The notes: generated by a model not told the origin, from the sequence alone. DNA of 59,933 bases from Verrucomicrobiota bacterium (GCA_038214755.1 JBBQRQ010000019.1:1-59933), one strand, 5' to 3'. Shown: positions 1 to 9,432, counted from the first letter of the stretch. Program-made: numbers and translations.

Positions 1-519
1 TTCATCGACGACGCCAAGAGAATGCTCGTCAGCGCCGACGGCCGCCTCAATCGCAACGCCCAACAATATCTGGCCAAAGTGCAGGGCGAAGGAATGGTCG
101 CCACTTATTACGATCTTTATAAAAATAACACCATGACCAACAATTTTGACAAAATGTCCGTGGCCAATCGCATTCTCGGTTATGTCGGCCCGAACGCCAC
201 GGCCAACGCGTTTCTCAGCGAAGTAGTGGCTAACACAAATATCGATTCCCGGATGAAATCTTTCGCCATCATGCAACTTGCCGGCGGATTCGGAGGGAAC
301 GATGCACCCAAAGATCCGAATGTTGTGCGGCAACAAATTCCGGTTTTGGAGAGATTAAAGACGACGACAACCGATGAACGTCTCTTGCAGGCCATTGATC
401 GCACTCAACAAAATCTGCAAAACATCCTGGATGGGAAGCCCGTGGAAAATCCCTTCGATCGTTTTCGCGGGCGGGACGGTGGCGGCAATCGCGGTGGAGG
501 GCCGCCGCCGCCTCCTTAG
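1..519 (+). CDS. Hypothetical protein, C-terminal part (5'-truncated by window), alpha-helical with Gly/Pro-rich tail
   Basis: Frame is open from base 1 (TTC ATC GAC...) to TAG at 517-519; ends GGGNRGGGPPPPP. Confidence 0.7.
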   Translation, partial: FIDDAKRMLVSADGRLNRNAQQYLAKVQGEGMVATYYDLYKNNTMTNNFDKMSVANRILGYVGPNATANAFLSEVVANTNIDSRMKSFAIMQLAGGFGGNDAPKDPNVVRQQIPVLERLKTTTTDERLLQAIDRTQQNLQNILDGKPVENPFDRFRGRDGGGNRGGGPPPPP

Positions 520-674
520 GCCAATTTGTTTAGGCGCGGTGCGTGCGAAATCTCGGAGCATGGACGTGCTCCTCCACGAGTTTGAGCCACAGGATGAGAC
601 GGACATATCCCGCCCTTTTCGTTCAAGATCTCGCCGACGAAACCGTCCGCGCTCCTTGTTAAACCTTTCGCCTT

Positions 675-704
675 TTGACACACTCAGATTCGTCCGCTTA
701 TATT
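675..704 (+). promoter_or_regulatory. sigma70-like promoter of asd
   Basis: TTGACA (675-680) - 18 nt - TATATT (699-704), ATG at 715. Confidence 0.65.
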
Positions 705-714
705 TCCGCCCTTT

Positions 715-1722
715 ATGAATCACAATCCGCATGTGGCAGTCGTCGGCGCAACAGGCGCAGTCGGCGTGGAAATGATCAAGACTTTGGAGAAGCGAAATTT
801 TCCAATGGGAAAATTGACTCTGCTCGCCTCGGCCCGTTCCGTTGGGAAAAAATTAAACTTTCGCGGCGTAGAAATTTTCGTTCAGGAACTGACCCAGGAT
901 TCATTCACTGGAATCGATATCGCGTTGTTCAGCGCCGGCGGAAATATTTCAAAAGAATTTGCGCCTGTCGCGGCGAAGGCGGGTTGCGTCGTGATCGACA
1001 ACTCCAGTTCTTTTCGCATGGACGATTCGGTGCCGCTCGTCATACCGGAAATCAATTCTGGCGACTTAAAAAAACATAAAGGGATTATCGCCAACCCGAA
1101 CTGCACCACGGCGATTACGCTCATGGCCTTGTATCCACTACACCATGAATTTGGCGTGAAACGAATTTTTGCCTCCAGCTATCAAGCCGTGTCCGGCACC
1201 GGCGCCAAAGCGATTGAAGAACTGGAACGCCAGGTCTCCGAAATTGTTTCCGGCAAGCCAGTGACCAAAGAAGTCTATCCGCATCAGATTGCCTTCAATG
1301 TTTTGCCCCAGGTCGATTCCTTCCTGCCTAATGGTTACACCAAGGAAGAAATGAAAATGGAAAATGAAGGACGCAAAATCATGCACCATCCGAATTTTCG
1401 GGCGAGTGTGACGTGCGTTCGGGTCCCGGTTTATCGCGCGCATTCCATCGCTGTCAGCGCCGAGTTTGAAAAGCCAGTTACAGTCGAAGCCGCGCGCGAA
1501 GTTTTAAAAAAAGCCCCCGGGCTGGATGTCGTCGATAACCCCGAGAAAAAAGAATATCCCCTCCCGCTCTACGCTGCGGAAAAATATAATTGCCAGGTAG
1601 GCCGCATCCGCATCGACTGCGCATTGGACAACGGACTTTGCTTCTGGGTCGCGGGCGATCAACTGCTCAAAGGCGCGGCGCTCAACGCCGTGCAGATCGC
1701 AGAAGAATTGCTCAAACTGTAA
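715..1722 (+). CDS. asd: Aspartate-semialdehyde dehydrogenase
   Basis: GATGAVG Rossmann motif, IANPNCTT catalytic Cys, SYQAVSGTG, TCVRVPV, DQLLKGAALNAVQIAE. Confidence 0.98.
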   Translation: MNHNPHVAVVGATGAVGVEMIKTLEKRNFPMGKLTLLASARSVGKKLNFRGVEIFVQELTQDSFTGIDIALFSAGGNISKEFAPVAAKAGCVVIDNSSSFRMDDSVPLVIPEINSGDLKKHKGIIANPNCTTAITLMALYPLHHEFGVKRIFASSYQAVSGTGAKAIEELERQVSEIVSGKPVTKEVYPHQIAFNVLPQVDSFLPNGYTKEEMKMENEGRKIMHHPNFRASVTCVRVPVYRAHSIAVSAEFEKPVTVEAAREVLKKAPGLDVVDNPEKKEYPLPLYAAEKYNCQVGRIRIDCALDNGLCFWVAGDQLLKGAALNAVQIAEELLKL

Positions 1723-1726
1723 AGCG

Positions 1727-1756
1727 TTGAAACGGCGCGGCAAACTCCTTTAGCCT
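1727..1756 (+). promoter_or_regulatory. sigma70-like promoter, probably leaderless
   Basis: TTGAAA (1727-1732) - 18 nt - TAGCCT (1751-1756) - 6 nt - GTG start at 1763. Confidence 0.5.
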
Positions 1757-1762
1757 TCGTTC

Positions 1763-4051
1763 GTGCCGATAGCGACAGCCGATTCTCCCCAAAATCGCTA
1801 TTTGTCCTCGGACGAGATTTTTACACCCGGGCGGCTCGCCTTGGTGCTGGGTGTTTTACTTCTGATCACTTATCCGGAAATCGTCCTGGGGAGCCATGCC
1901 TTTTTTTATCGCGACGCTGGCCTCTTCGGCTATCCGTTGGCCTACTATTTTCGAGACTGCTTTTGGCGTGGCGAATTGCCGCTTTGGAATCCATACAACG
2001 GCTGCGGCATCCCTTTTCTCGCGCAATGGAACACGCTCGTCCTTTATCCTCCGTCACTTTTTTACTTGTTGCTGCCGCTGCCGTGGTCGATGAATTATTT
2101 TTTGCTGGGGCATATTTTTCTCGCGGCGCTTGGCCTGTATTTTTTGGCCAACCGTTGGTTCAACAATCGTTTCGCCGCGAGCGTGGCCGGACTGGCCTTT
2201 GCCTGGAATGGTCTCTCGCTTCATTTTTTAATGTGGCCGGGAAACATCGCGACGCTCGCATGGATGCCGTGGGTCATTCTATGCGTGGAGCGCGCGGCGA
2301 AATGTGGCGGTCGAAAAATAATCATCGCCAGTCTGGTGGGAGCGACCCAGTTGATGACCGGTTGCCCGGAAATTATTTTGTTTACCTGGGCCGTCGCGAT
2401 CTTCTTTTCGCTCCTGAATTCCTTTCGTGAAAAAATTCCACTGCGACAGTTTTTTCGACGGCTTCTGATGATGGTCGTTCTAGTGACCGCCTTGAGCGCG
2501 GCGCAGCTTCTCCCGTTCCTGGATTTGCTCGCGCACGGGAATCGTGACACTTCATTCGGAAATGACGCCTGGTCCATGCCGCCCTGGGGCATCGCGAATT
2601 TCCTCGTCCCGCTTTTTCGACAGACACCGTCGGTCATCGGTGTTTTTTCAGACGATCAACAACAATGGACCTCCTCCTACTATCCAGGCATAGGCATCTT
2701 CGCGCTGGCCCTGATCGCAGTGCTCGGAATTCGTGAACCGAAAACCAAAATGTTGAGCGTCATCGCGATGGGCGGGCTGCTGCTCGCATTGGGCCCAGCG
2801 GGTTTAATTTTTCCGCTCTTGAAAACAATTTTCCCGTTTCTCGGCTTCATCCGCTATCCGATCAAATTCGTGGTTGTTTCCATTTTTTGTTTTCCGTTGC
2901 TCGCGGCGTCTGCGCTTACCTGGCTCGATGATAAAGAGATTTTGCGAAGCCGCAGATTGCTTCTGCAGATTGCGGCCTTCATTTCTGCCAGCACGCTGGT
3001 CGTTCTCGCTGCAGCTTATTTTTTCCCGTCCCCGAAAAGTCTTTGGCCCATCACCTGGAAAAACGGTTTGAGTCGCGCGCTTCTTTTGTCGTTGATCCTC
3101 GGAGCAATTTTTTTTCGGCTCCAGTCACCAGCCTTTGCTCGCCGGATTATTTTTTCGTTCATCATTCTTTTTCTGCTGGGCGCGGATATTATCACTCACG
3201 CTCCCCGCCAAAACCCGACTGTCATCACTCGCGCCTACGAACCTTCTCCTTTACAAATGAGCGAGCGGCCACGATGGGGATTTTCGCGGGCCATGCTCAG
3301 CCCGGATGTGCAGAGCCGCATGGAACACACCGCGCATCCCAACCCACTTAACCATTATCTCGCGCAACGGGCCGTGCTGCTGGAAAACTGCAATCTTCTC
3401 GAAAAAATTCCAAAAATAAACGGGTTCTTTACTCTGCGTTTGCGTGAAGAATGGGAAGTCGAATCACGCCTCTACCAATCCGGCGGCCTTCCTCGCCTCG
3501 AAGAATTTCTCGGCGTTTCGCAAGTCACTTCTTCCTCACATCTATTGGCGTGGGACGCGCGAACCAACTTCATGCCGATGGCGACCATCGGGCAGAAACC
3601 AATTTTCGCCGATGACGAAACGACCTTGCGCGCGCTCGCCTCGCCAGAATTTGATCCCCGCCACACCGTTTATTTGCCCCGCGAAGCTGAGCGGAGAATT
3701 TCCGCCACTCAATCGGGCAAAGCAGAAATAATTTCCAGCTCCTCTGCCGCACACGAAGTTTTGTTGGAAAGCAGTTCTGCTCAACCCGGGATTTTAGTTT
3801 TGGCTCAGGCCTATTATCATCTTTGGAAACCTTACGTGGATGAAAAACCCACTTCTCTGTTGCGCGCGAATTACGCCTATCAAGCGGTTGAAATTCCGGC
3901 CGGTCGGCACAAAATCCGCATCACCTATGAAGATCGAAATTTTTATTTCGGCGCGATTTTTTCAATCGCCACTCTACTCGGTTCCATCGGTTCTCTGTTT
4001 TTTCTCAGGAACGGAAAGGGAAGAACTATTCTTTCCCGCCCGCCTTCGTAA
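1763..4051 (+). CDS. YfhO-family polytopic membrane protein (GT-C-type glycosyltransferase-like)
   Basis: GELPLWNPY..CGIPFLA..YPP N-terminal motif, about 12 TM segments, C-terminal LVLAQAYYHLWKPYVD..LRANYAYQAVEIPAGRHKIRITY. Confidence 0.85.
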   Translation: MPIATADSPQNRYLSSDEIFTPGRLALVLGVLLLITYPEIVLGSHAFFYRDAGLFGYPLAYYFRDCFWRGELPLWNPYNGCGIPFLAQWNTLVLYPPSLFYLLLPLPWSMNYFLLGHIFLAALGLYFLANRWFNNRFAASVAGLAFAWNGLSLHFLMWPGNIATLAWMPWVILCVERAAKCGGRKIIIASLVGATQLMTGCPEIILFTWAVAIFFSLLNSFREKIPLRQFFRRLLMMVVLVTALSAAQLLPFLDLLAHGNRDTSFGNDAWSMPPWGIANFLVPLFRQTPSVIGVFSDDQQQWTSSYYPGIGIFALALIAVLGIREPKTKMLSVIAMGGLLLALGPAGLIFPLLKTIFPFLGFIRYPIKFVVVSIFCFPLLAASALTWLDDKEILRSRRLLLQIAAFISASTLVVLAAAYFFPSPKSLWPITWKNGLSRALLLSLILGAIFFRLQSPAFARRIIFSFIILFLLGADIITHAPRQNPTVITRAYEPSPLQMSERPRWGFSRAMLSPDVQSRMEHTAHPNPLNHYLAQRAVLLENCNLLEKIPKINGFFTLRLREEWEVESRLYQSGGLPRLEEFLGVSQVTSSSHLLAWDARTNFMPMATIGQKPIFADDETTLRALASPEFDPRHTVYLPREAERRISATQSGKAEIISSSSAAHEVLLESSSAQPGILVLAQAYYHLWKPYVDEKPTSLLRANYAYQAVEIPAGRHKIRITYEDRNFYFGAIFSIATLLGSIGSLFFLRNGKGRTILSRPPS

Positions 4052-4439
4052 ATGCGTTCACCACTTTGATGTTCGCCGCTTTGGCCGCGTCCATCACCTT
4101 GATGATTTGTCCGAATGGGGCTTCGGTATCGGCGCGAATTGAAAGAGTCGTGCCCGGATTTTTGCGCACCGCGGCAATCAATCTTTCCTGCAATTTATCC
4201 AACGTGACGGGATCAGTTCCCAGCGACAGAGGCCCCTTGGTCGGAATCGTCACGATAAGAGCATTTTCACTCCCGCCAGTTTTTCCTTGTTTCGATTCCG
4301 GCAAAACTAATTTCACCGCAGACTGTTGTTTGAACGTCGTCGTCACCATTAAAAAAATCAGCACGACAATCAACACGTCGATCAACGAGATGATGATAAC
4401 CGACGGAGGCCGATGGTGTTTGCGAACGGTGAATTGCAT
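4026..4439 (-). CDS. exbD: Biopolymer transport protein ExbD/TolR
   Basis: SLIDVLIVVLIFLMVTTTF TM with conserved Asp; IRADTEAPFGQIIKVMDAAK. Confidence 0.93.
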   Translation of the reverse strand: MQFTVRKHHRPPSVIIISLIDVLIVVLIFLMVTTTFKQQSAVKLVLPESKQGKTGGSENALIVTIPTKGPLSLGTDPVTLDKLQERLIAAVRKNPGTTLSIRADTEAPFGQIIKVMDAAKAANIKVVNAFTKAGGKE

Positions 4440-4464
4440 GGCGGGTTAACTCGGGAAAAAGAAC

Positions 4465-4788
4465 AAGCCGCGAATGGACAGAAACGAACCCAGCGCGGCC
4501 GAGCCGCAACCCAAACACCTCTTTAACGCAGAGGTCGCAAAGGTTTTCGCAGAGGAACGCAGAGAAATGACCTTCGCGTCCTTTGCGAGAACCTCCGCGT
4601 CCTCTGCGTTTAAATGGATACTTCTCCAAACAACGGAGACAATTTTGTCGGAAATGCGCGATTCTCCGAGGGAGTAGTACGAATAAAATGGAGAAGAAAA
4701 ATCAGCAAACGTCTTTTGCCGATTCCATCGGCCTACAACTGCAAAAATCTCATCGGCGTCCGTGTTCATTCGTGTTTATTCGCGGTTG
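4465..4788. repeat. Composite palindromic repeat between exbB and exbD (outer decamer-type inverted arms, inner 189-bp element, inner hairpin 4522-4614)
   Basis: Arms 4465-4489 and 4764-4788 are about 18/25 complementary; inner hairpin TTTAACGCAGAGGTCGCAAAGG...CCTCCGCGTCCTCTGCGTTTAAA. Confidence 0.8.
4492..4680. mobile_element. Putative non-autonomous element without TIRs (family C, copy 1)
   Basis: Left motif AGCGCGGCCGAGCCGCAACC and 40-bp right motif (4641-4680) recur at 35060-35202 (33/40 identical) around a different internal palindrome. Confidence 0.65.
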
Positions 4789-5377
4789 AAATTTCCGCTC
4801 GATATTGCCGCCGCAAAAATTCGTCGCACAACGTTTCCATTTCTACTGCGAGCGTCTCGACTTTTTTATTGTAATAGCTCCACGCAATTAACGATGGGAT
4901 GGCCGTGAGCAAACCCATCAACGTTGCGTTCAACGCAATCGCGATGCCGCGCGCCAGAAAATTATTATCGCCTAAACCGGTTTGCCCCATCGTGCCGAAC
5001 AACATAATCAACCCATAAATCGTCCCGACCAAACCGAGCAGCGGCGCGATGCCCACCACAATTTCCAAAATGACCAGGCCGCGTTCAAGTCGCGCCACTT
5101 CGTAGCGAGCGCGCGTTTGCAAGGCGTCAACATTTTCTTCACGCGGCCAGTCGCGATTTTTATCGGCCAGCAACAACAAGCGGCTCAGCGGCGAAGGATT
5201 TCGTTCGCACGCGCGACGCAGCATTGGCAGATCAGAGGTCTCGCGACATTTCGCCACCGCAGTTTCCACTTCACGCGGAACAATTTTTTTCCAGCGCAAA
5301 GCAAAGCCGCGCTCGATGATAAAAGTCAGTCCGATGAGCGAGGTAACAACCAGAAGAATGATGATGAAAAGTTCCAC
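4766..5377 (-). CDS. exbB: MotA/TolQ/ExbB proton channel family protein
   Basis: IAPLLGLVGTIYGLI..F and GIAIALNATLMGLLTAIPS motifs. Confidence 0.93.
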   Translation of the reverse strand: MELFIIILLVVTSLIGLTFIIERGFALRWKKIVPREVETAVAKCRETSDLPMLRRACERNPSPLSRLLLLADKNRDWPREENVDALQTRARYEVARLERGLVILEIVVGIAPLLGLVGTIYGLIMLFGTMGQTGLGDNNFLARGIAIALNATLMGLLTAIPSLIAWSYYNKKVETLAVEMETLCDEFLRRQYRAEISTANKHE

Positions 5378-5389
5378 GATGTTTGTTTT

Positions 5390-6379
5390 CTATTCGTAAT
5401 AAAAAGTGAAGCGCACTTCGCGCGATTCTGATTTCATTTCGCGCCGCATATCGGGCGGCCACTTGCGATACGGCGACGGATCGGCGATGGCGCCACTGCA
5501 AATCAATTCCAGCATTGAGCTGTGAGTGGTGTTTTCCACGACTTTCAAATCTGTGATGCGTCCATCGTAATTCAAGCGAAATTCCACCACCACTTTTCCG
5601 GGCAGCGTGTTTCTCGCTTCGAGCAATTGAGACCAGCGTTGCTGCACGGCGGCGATGAATTCGCGATCGTAATTACCAAACGAGGTGGCTTTCACGTCGA
5701 ACGTTGGTTCCAGCGCCAATCGTTTCGCGCCGCCGGGCTGGATCATTTTTTCGCCCCGCAAACCAGGTTTCACATCCTCCAATTTTCGCGGACGCGCTTG
5801 TGCTTTCTTTTCCGCCTCGCCCTCATCGTCGGTCTTGCCGGGCGATTTTTTATTTTGATCCTGCGGTTTGATGAAGGCCAGATCGCCGACAATTTGTTTT
5901 TCCTTTGGTTGCGCTTTGGACGGTTGCTCTTCCACCGGCTCAGGCGCAGGCGGCGAGAGTTGGAGCGGTTGCGCCTTCGAGGTGGAATTTTCCGTCGTCT
6001 TGATCACCTTGTCCTGCTTGCCTTGCACCTCGGGCAATTCGGAATTGGCGCGAGGTCTCGCGCTCGCTGCTTGTGAATTGGCCGCGCCGTAAAATTTCGT
6101 TTCTTTCGGCGGCTCTTTCGTGCTCGATTGCGGATCGACATCGACAAAAATCAAAGGCACTTCGCGAAGTTGCGACGGAATTTTTTTTGGATTTTGCGCC
6201 GCCAATTTTTCCGAAATCTTTTGCAGCCAGGAAGGCATGGAACTGTTTTTCAGCCAGCCAAAACGTTGGTTCAATTTCCAGCCGCCGAAAATCGCGAGAT
6301 GAAAAGTCAGCGAAATCACCGTTGCCCATAGCAGCGAGTTGTCTCTGCGCGTGCTCCAATTTTTTACAGCCAAAGCCAC
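5390..6379 (-). CDS. TonB/TolA-like energy transducer
   Basis: N-terminal TM with SxxxH (ISLTFHLAIF), Pro/Lys/Glu-rich linker, C-terminal GKVVVEFRLNYDGRITD..PYRKWP..VRFTFYY; upstream of exbB/exbD. Start set at GTG 6379 because the longer ORF runs through a repeat. Confidence 0.8.
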   Translation of the reverse strand: MALAVKNWSTRRDNSLLWATVISLTFHLAIFGGWKLNQRFGWLKNSSMPSWLQKISEKLAAQNPKKIPSQLREVPLIFVDVDPQSSTKEPPKETKFYGAANSQAASARPRANSELPEVQGKQDKVIKTTENSTSKAQPLQLSPPAPEPVEEQPSKAQPKEKQIVGDLAFIKPQDQNKKSPGKTDDEGEAEKKAQARPRKLEDVKPGLRGEKMIQPGGAKRLALEPTFDVKATSFGNYDREFIAAVQQRWSQLLEARNTLPGKVVVEFRLNYDGRITDLKVVENTTHSSMLELICSGAIADPSPYRKWPPDMRREMKSESREVRFTFYYE

Positions 6380-6453
6380 TCGACAAGATGCAACAGGCCA
6401 AATTCTGGAGCAACCGCTAATCAAAGGCGGGGCGGCTGGCGGCAGGGGAAGCG

Positions 6454-6579
6454 GGGTAGCATCTGCCTGCGGCGGGTGCGAAATCATTTGGATTATTGGA
6501 TGGTGAAAAACGTCGAACGTCGAACATCCAACGCTGAACATCGAAATGATTTCGCACCCGCCAGAGGCAGATGCTACCC
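6454..6579. repeat. REP-like hairpin, family A (GGGTAGCATCTGCC...), with heptamer array in loop
   Basis: 36-bp arms 6454-6489 / 6544-6579 with 2 mismatches; AACGTCG-type heptamers at 6509-6545; same arms at 43058, 43370, 56017. Confidence 0.9.
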
Positions 6580-6602
6580 GCGGACTACGCTTGGCTCGTT
6601 GA

Positions 6603-7733
6603 TTACAGCGGCGATGGAACTTTCAATTCCACTCGAATAAAGCGCGGCCAATAAAGTCGCGCGTCGTTGAGCACGTCCCAAAAACTGTAAGAATTCGCGG
6701 CGTAGGTGACAATCAGTTCGTTCGATTGAATGGACAACTCAGGATGCGCTTTGCCTGCGTAACAAAAAATTTTGTTCGAGATTTTCATTTCGGGACATTG
6801 ATAAACGAATAGTGGCTCACTCCACGGTCCAGCGGGCGAATCAGCGGTGCGCAAAACAATTTTCCCAGAGAGACCCTGCGAATGCACGGCCACGAATTTT
6901 TTTATGGCAGGAAGAAACGAGACCGACGCTTCCGAAACTTCCTCCGTCCAAATCGCAGTGCTTTCGTGAAAATTCTTTTGCCATTTCCCATTGGAAAAAA
7001 ACCGCCATCGCGAAAAATCGGCGAAATCATTTTCGGCGGCGCGGGCGAGGATCATGTGGCTGGTTTTTTTTTCTTTCGAGGAACTGTTGCCGTAGATGTA
7101 AACAAAACCTTTGTCCCGCAACACCGCCGCGCCGAAGGTCACCGTCTCCTTTTCTGAAAACGTCGCGAACGGAAATTTTTTCTGGATGATTCGCCAATGC
7201 GCCATTTCGTCGTCGGGGTTATCAATGACTCCCATCCATTCGTCGAATACTTTAAAATCAAACGGGGAATCAGATTTCCCCGTTTTGGATTTTATGTTTT
7301 TGACCTGATGCAAAAAAATAAAAAGGCCTCCGCTTGTTCGCACACCGTGGAAAGGCCAGAAATAACCACCGCCAACTTTAGGTTTCACGAACGACTCCGC
7401 TTCTCCGAGGGAATTGGTGGGATAAAAGAATTTGGGCCTGGCGTTGCGCGACTGCAAGGCGATGGAATTATTGATCATTTTCGGATGAAGCCGTTTTCCG
7501 TCGCGCACTTCGCCGATCCAAGTGTCGCCAAAAAGCCAAAGTGTTTTTGAATCGGACAGCGGAATGGAGTAGGCGGCGTCGGATCCGATCCAGCCATTGG
7601 TATTTTCAAATTGCGAAGACCAATCAGGGCTGGCCTGCGCGATGATTTCAAAATCCTCGGCATGGCTGGAGATCAAAACCAGCAGCACTACAGCGAGGGA
7701 AAAAATGAGTTGGTTTGAAAAACGCACGAGCAA
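6603..7733 (-). CDS. Secreted DUF4185/DUF5005-like beta-propeller (putative glycoside hydrolase)
   Basis: Signal peptide; GWIGSDAAYSIPL..TLWLFGDT, ADSPAGPWSEP, YAGKAHPEL, YWPRF motifs. Confidence 0.7.
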   Translation of the reverse strand: MLVRFSNQLIFSLAVVLLVLISSHAEDFEIIAQASPDWSSQFENTNGWIGSDAAYSIPLSDSKTLWLFGDTWIGEVRDGKRLHPKMINNSIALQSRNARPKFFYPTNSLGEAESFVKPKVGGGYFWPFHGVRTSGGLFIFLHQVKNIKSKTGKSDSPFDFKVFDEWMGVIDNPDDEMAHWRIIQKKFPFATFSEKETVTFGAAVLRDKGFVYIYGNSSSKEKKTSHMILARAAENDFADFSRWRFFSNGKWQKNFHESTAIWTEEVSEASVSFLPAIKKFVAVHSQGLSGKIVLRTADSPAGPWSEPLFVYQCPEMKISNKIFCYAGKAHPELSIQSNELIVTYAANSYSFWDVLNDARLYWPRFIRVELKVPSPL

Positions 7734-7991
7734 CGCACGTTAAAACCTCTTCTTTTTTTTGTCGAGCGATCCAACGGAACGCGAGGGACGGGGCATTTGA
7801 GTTAGTGAGACTCGCCGGACGCCATTCATCGTTACGGCAGGAGAAATACCACACTGCCAAACATTCTTCGCGCCGCCGTTTCCACGCGGGAATATTCTCA
7901 CCGCTTCAAACTGGTTTTCCCTTATTGTGACGCGAGTCTGGAACGCCCTACGGTTTTCGTGAAATTCCATTTTGCCAAACCTCCTTTGATT

Positions 7992-9377
7992 ATGAAAACG
8001 ACCATCAAATTTCTCCTGACCAGCATCCTGGTTCTCCCCTCTTTCCTGTCTCTGCGCGCGCAAGAACCGCCGAAGAGCAGTTACGCGCCCGTCGTGGCCA
8101 AAGAAACTTTTTCCGCGACGATGGCGCGCATGAAAGCGGAGAAAGCCACCATCATGAAAAGACAAATGGACTTGCTGGAGCGCCGTTACGATTTGGGCAA
8201 CGACCCCGCGCCGGGCGTCGTGATGTCGAGCGGCAAACCGGTTCAGCAAGGCGTGCGGGTGAAGTTGAAGGAGGGCATGACGTGGGAAAAACTCGCCGCG
8301 ATGTCGCCCGAAGAAATTTTGAAAGGCGGCGCGTTTCCCGAAGGCTTTCTCGATTTGCCGCACCCGAATCATCCTGAAGGCGGAATGATTTTCCCCAAAT
8401 TTCAAATTGACGAAATCAAGAAACAGGAACAACGGGACCTGACGCGTTTCGATTTGGATTTCGATTTGCCGGATCATTTTCTGCCGGAATTTCCCGCGCC
8501 CATTTTTCTGACCACGCGGACTGATCTTGGCGATGTTTCCAAAGGCAAGCTGGTGACGATTGATAATTTTTTCGAGTTGTTTAATGGTCTTCTCAACCCA
8601 AAACAGATCGAGGGATTGCGCCTGCTCGTGACGCCGTTTCCCCAACAACAATTCAACGTCACGGATGATCGTCGCACGGAACGGCCCCATCGCGGCGTGA
8701 CGTGTTTCGATTGTCACGCGAACGGGCACGGCAACGGCGCGGCCCATTTGGTCGGCGACATTCGCCCGCAGGAATTTCGTAATCGCATTGAGACGCCGTC
8801 CTTGCGCGGAGTGAATATCCAACGGCTGTTCGGCTCGCAACGCGCTCTCAAAACGGTGGAGGATTTCACGGAGTTCGAGCAACGCGCCGCTTATTTTGAC
8901 GGCGACCCGGTGATCGCCACGAAGAAAGGTGTCAATGTGCTGGAGCGCGGCAGCCAGGTGCAATTCATGGCGGAGTTTCAGGAACTGTTGGATTTTCCGC
9001 CCGCGCCGAAACTTGGCGTGACGGGCAAATTGATTCCGGGCAAAGCGACCGAAGCGGAGATGCGCGGACAAAATTTATTTTTCGGCAAGGCGCAATGCGC
9101 GGTGTGTCATGCGCCTCCGTATTACACCGATAATCTCATGCACAATCTGAAGGCGGAAAGGTTTTTCAAGCCGCGCGTAATCAACCATGCGATGACGGCT
9201 CCGGACGGCCCGATCAAAACGTTTCCCTTGCGCGGCATCAAAGATTCGCCGCCGTATTTGCATGATGGCCGATTGCTCACGCTGGAAGACACGGTGGAAT
9301 TTTTTAATCTGATTCTGGAAACGAAATTGACGGCGGAAGAGAAGAAGGATTTGGTGGCGTTTATGCGGGTGTTGTAA
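7992..9377 (+). CDS. Di-heme cytochrome c, bCcP/MauG superfamily
   Basis: Signal peptide; two CxxCH motifs (CFDCH, CAVCH); ETPSLRG and KTFPLRGIKDSPPYLHDGRLLTLED. Confidence 0.88.
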   Translation: MKTTIKFLLTSILVLPSFLSLRAQEPPKSSYAPVVAKETFSATMARMKAEKATIMKRQMDLLERRYDLGNDPAPGVVMSSGKPVQQGVRVKLKEGMTWEKLAAMSPEEILKGGAFPEGFLDLPHPNHPEGGMIFPKFQIDEIKKQEQRDLTRFDLDFDLPDHFLPEFPAPIFLTTRTDLGDVSKGKLVTIDNFFELFNGLLNPKQIEGLRLLVTPFPQQQFNVTDDRRTERPHRGVTCFDCHANGHGNGAAHLVGDIRPQEFRNRIETPSLRGVNIQRLFGSQRALKTVEDFTEFEQRAAYFDGDPVIATKKGVNVLERGSQVQFMAEFQELLDFPPAPKLGVTGKLIPGKATEAEMRGQNLFFGKAQCAVCHAPPYYTDNLMHNLKAERFFKPRVINHAMTAPDGPIKTFPLRGIKDSPPYLHDGRLLTLEDTVEFFNLILETKLTAEEKKDLVAFMRVL

Positions 9378-9432
9378 AAGCAGTGCGTCCGTCGCAAGAA
9401 ATAAGACACTTCGGAAAAATAATCTTTGGATA

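Noticed and set aside
531..655. Degenerate hairpin downstream of the first ORF; also isolated REP halves near 7803-7821, 11087-11139, 11885-11912 and 58389-58413
   Set aside because: Probably decayed REP copies, too degenerate to delimit or to call as ncRNA or riboswitch
4026..4051. 26-bp convergent overlap of yfhO-like gene and exbD
   Set aside because: Short 3' overlaps of convergent genes are common and uninformative
4446..4769. 107-aa ORF between exbB and exbD
   Set aside because: Made almost entirely of palindromic repeat sequence
7740..9071. 443-aa minus-strand ORF
   Set aside because: Antisense shadow of the cytochrome c gene with no recognisable motifs; the same applies to 24864-26192, 14245-15216, 51001-51972 and 53254-54147
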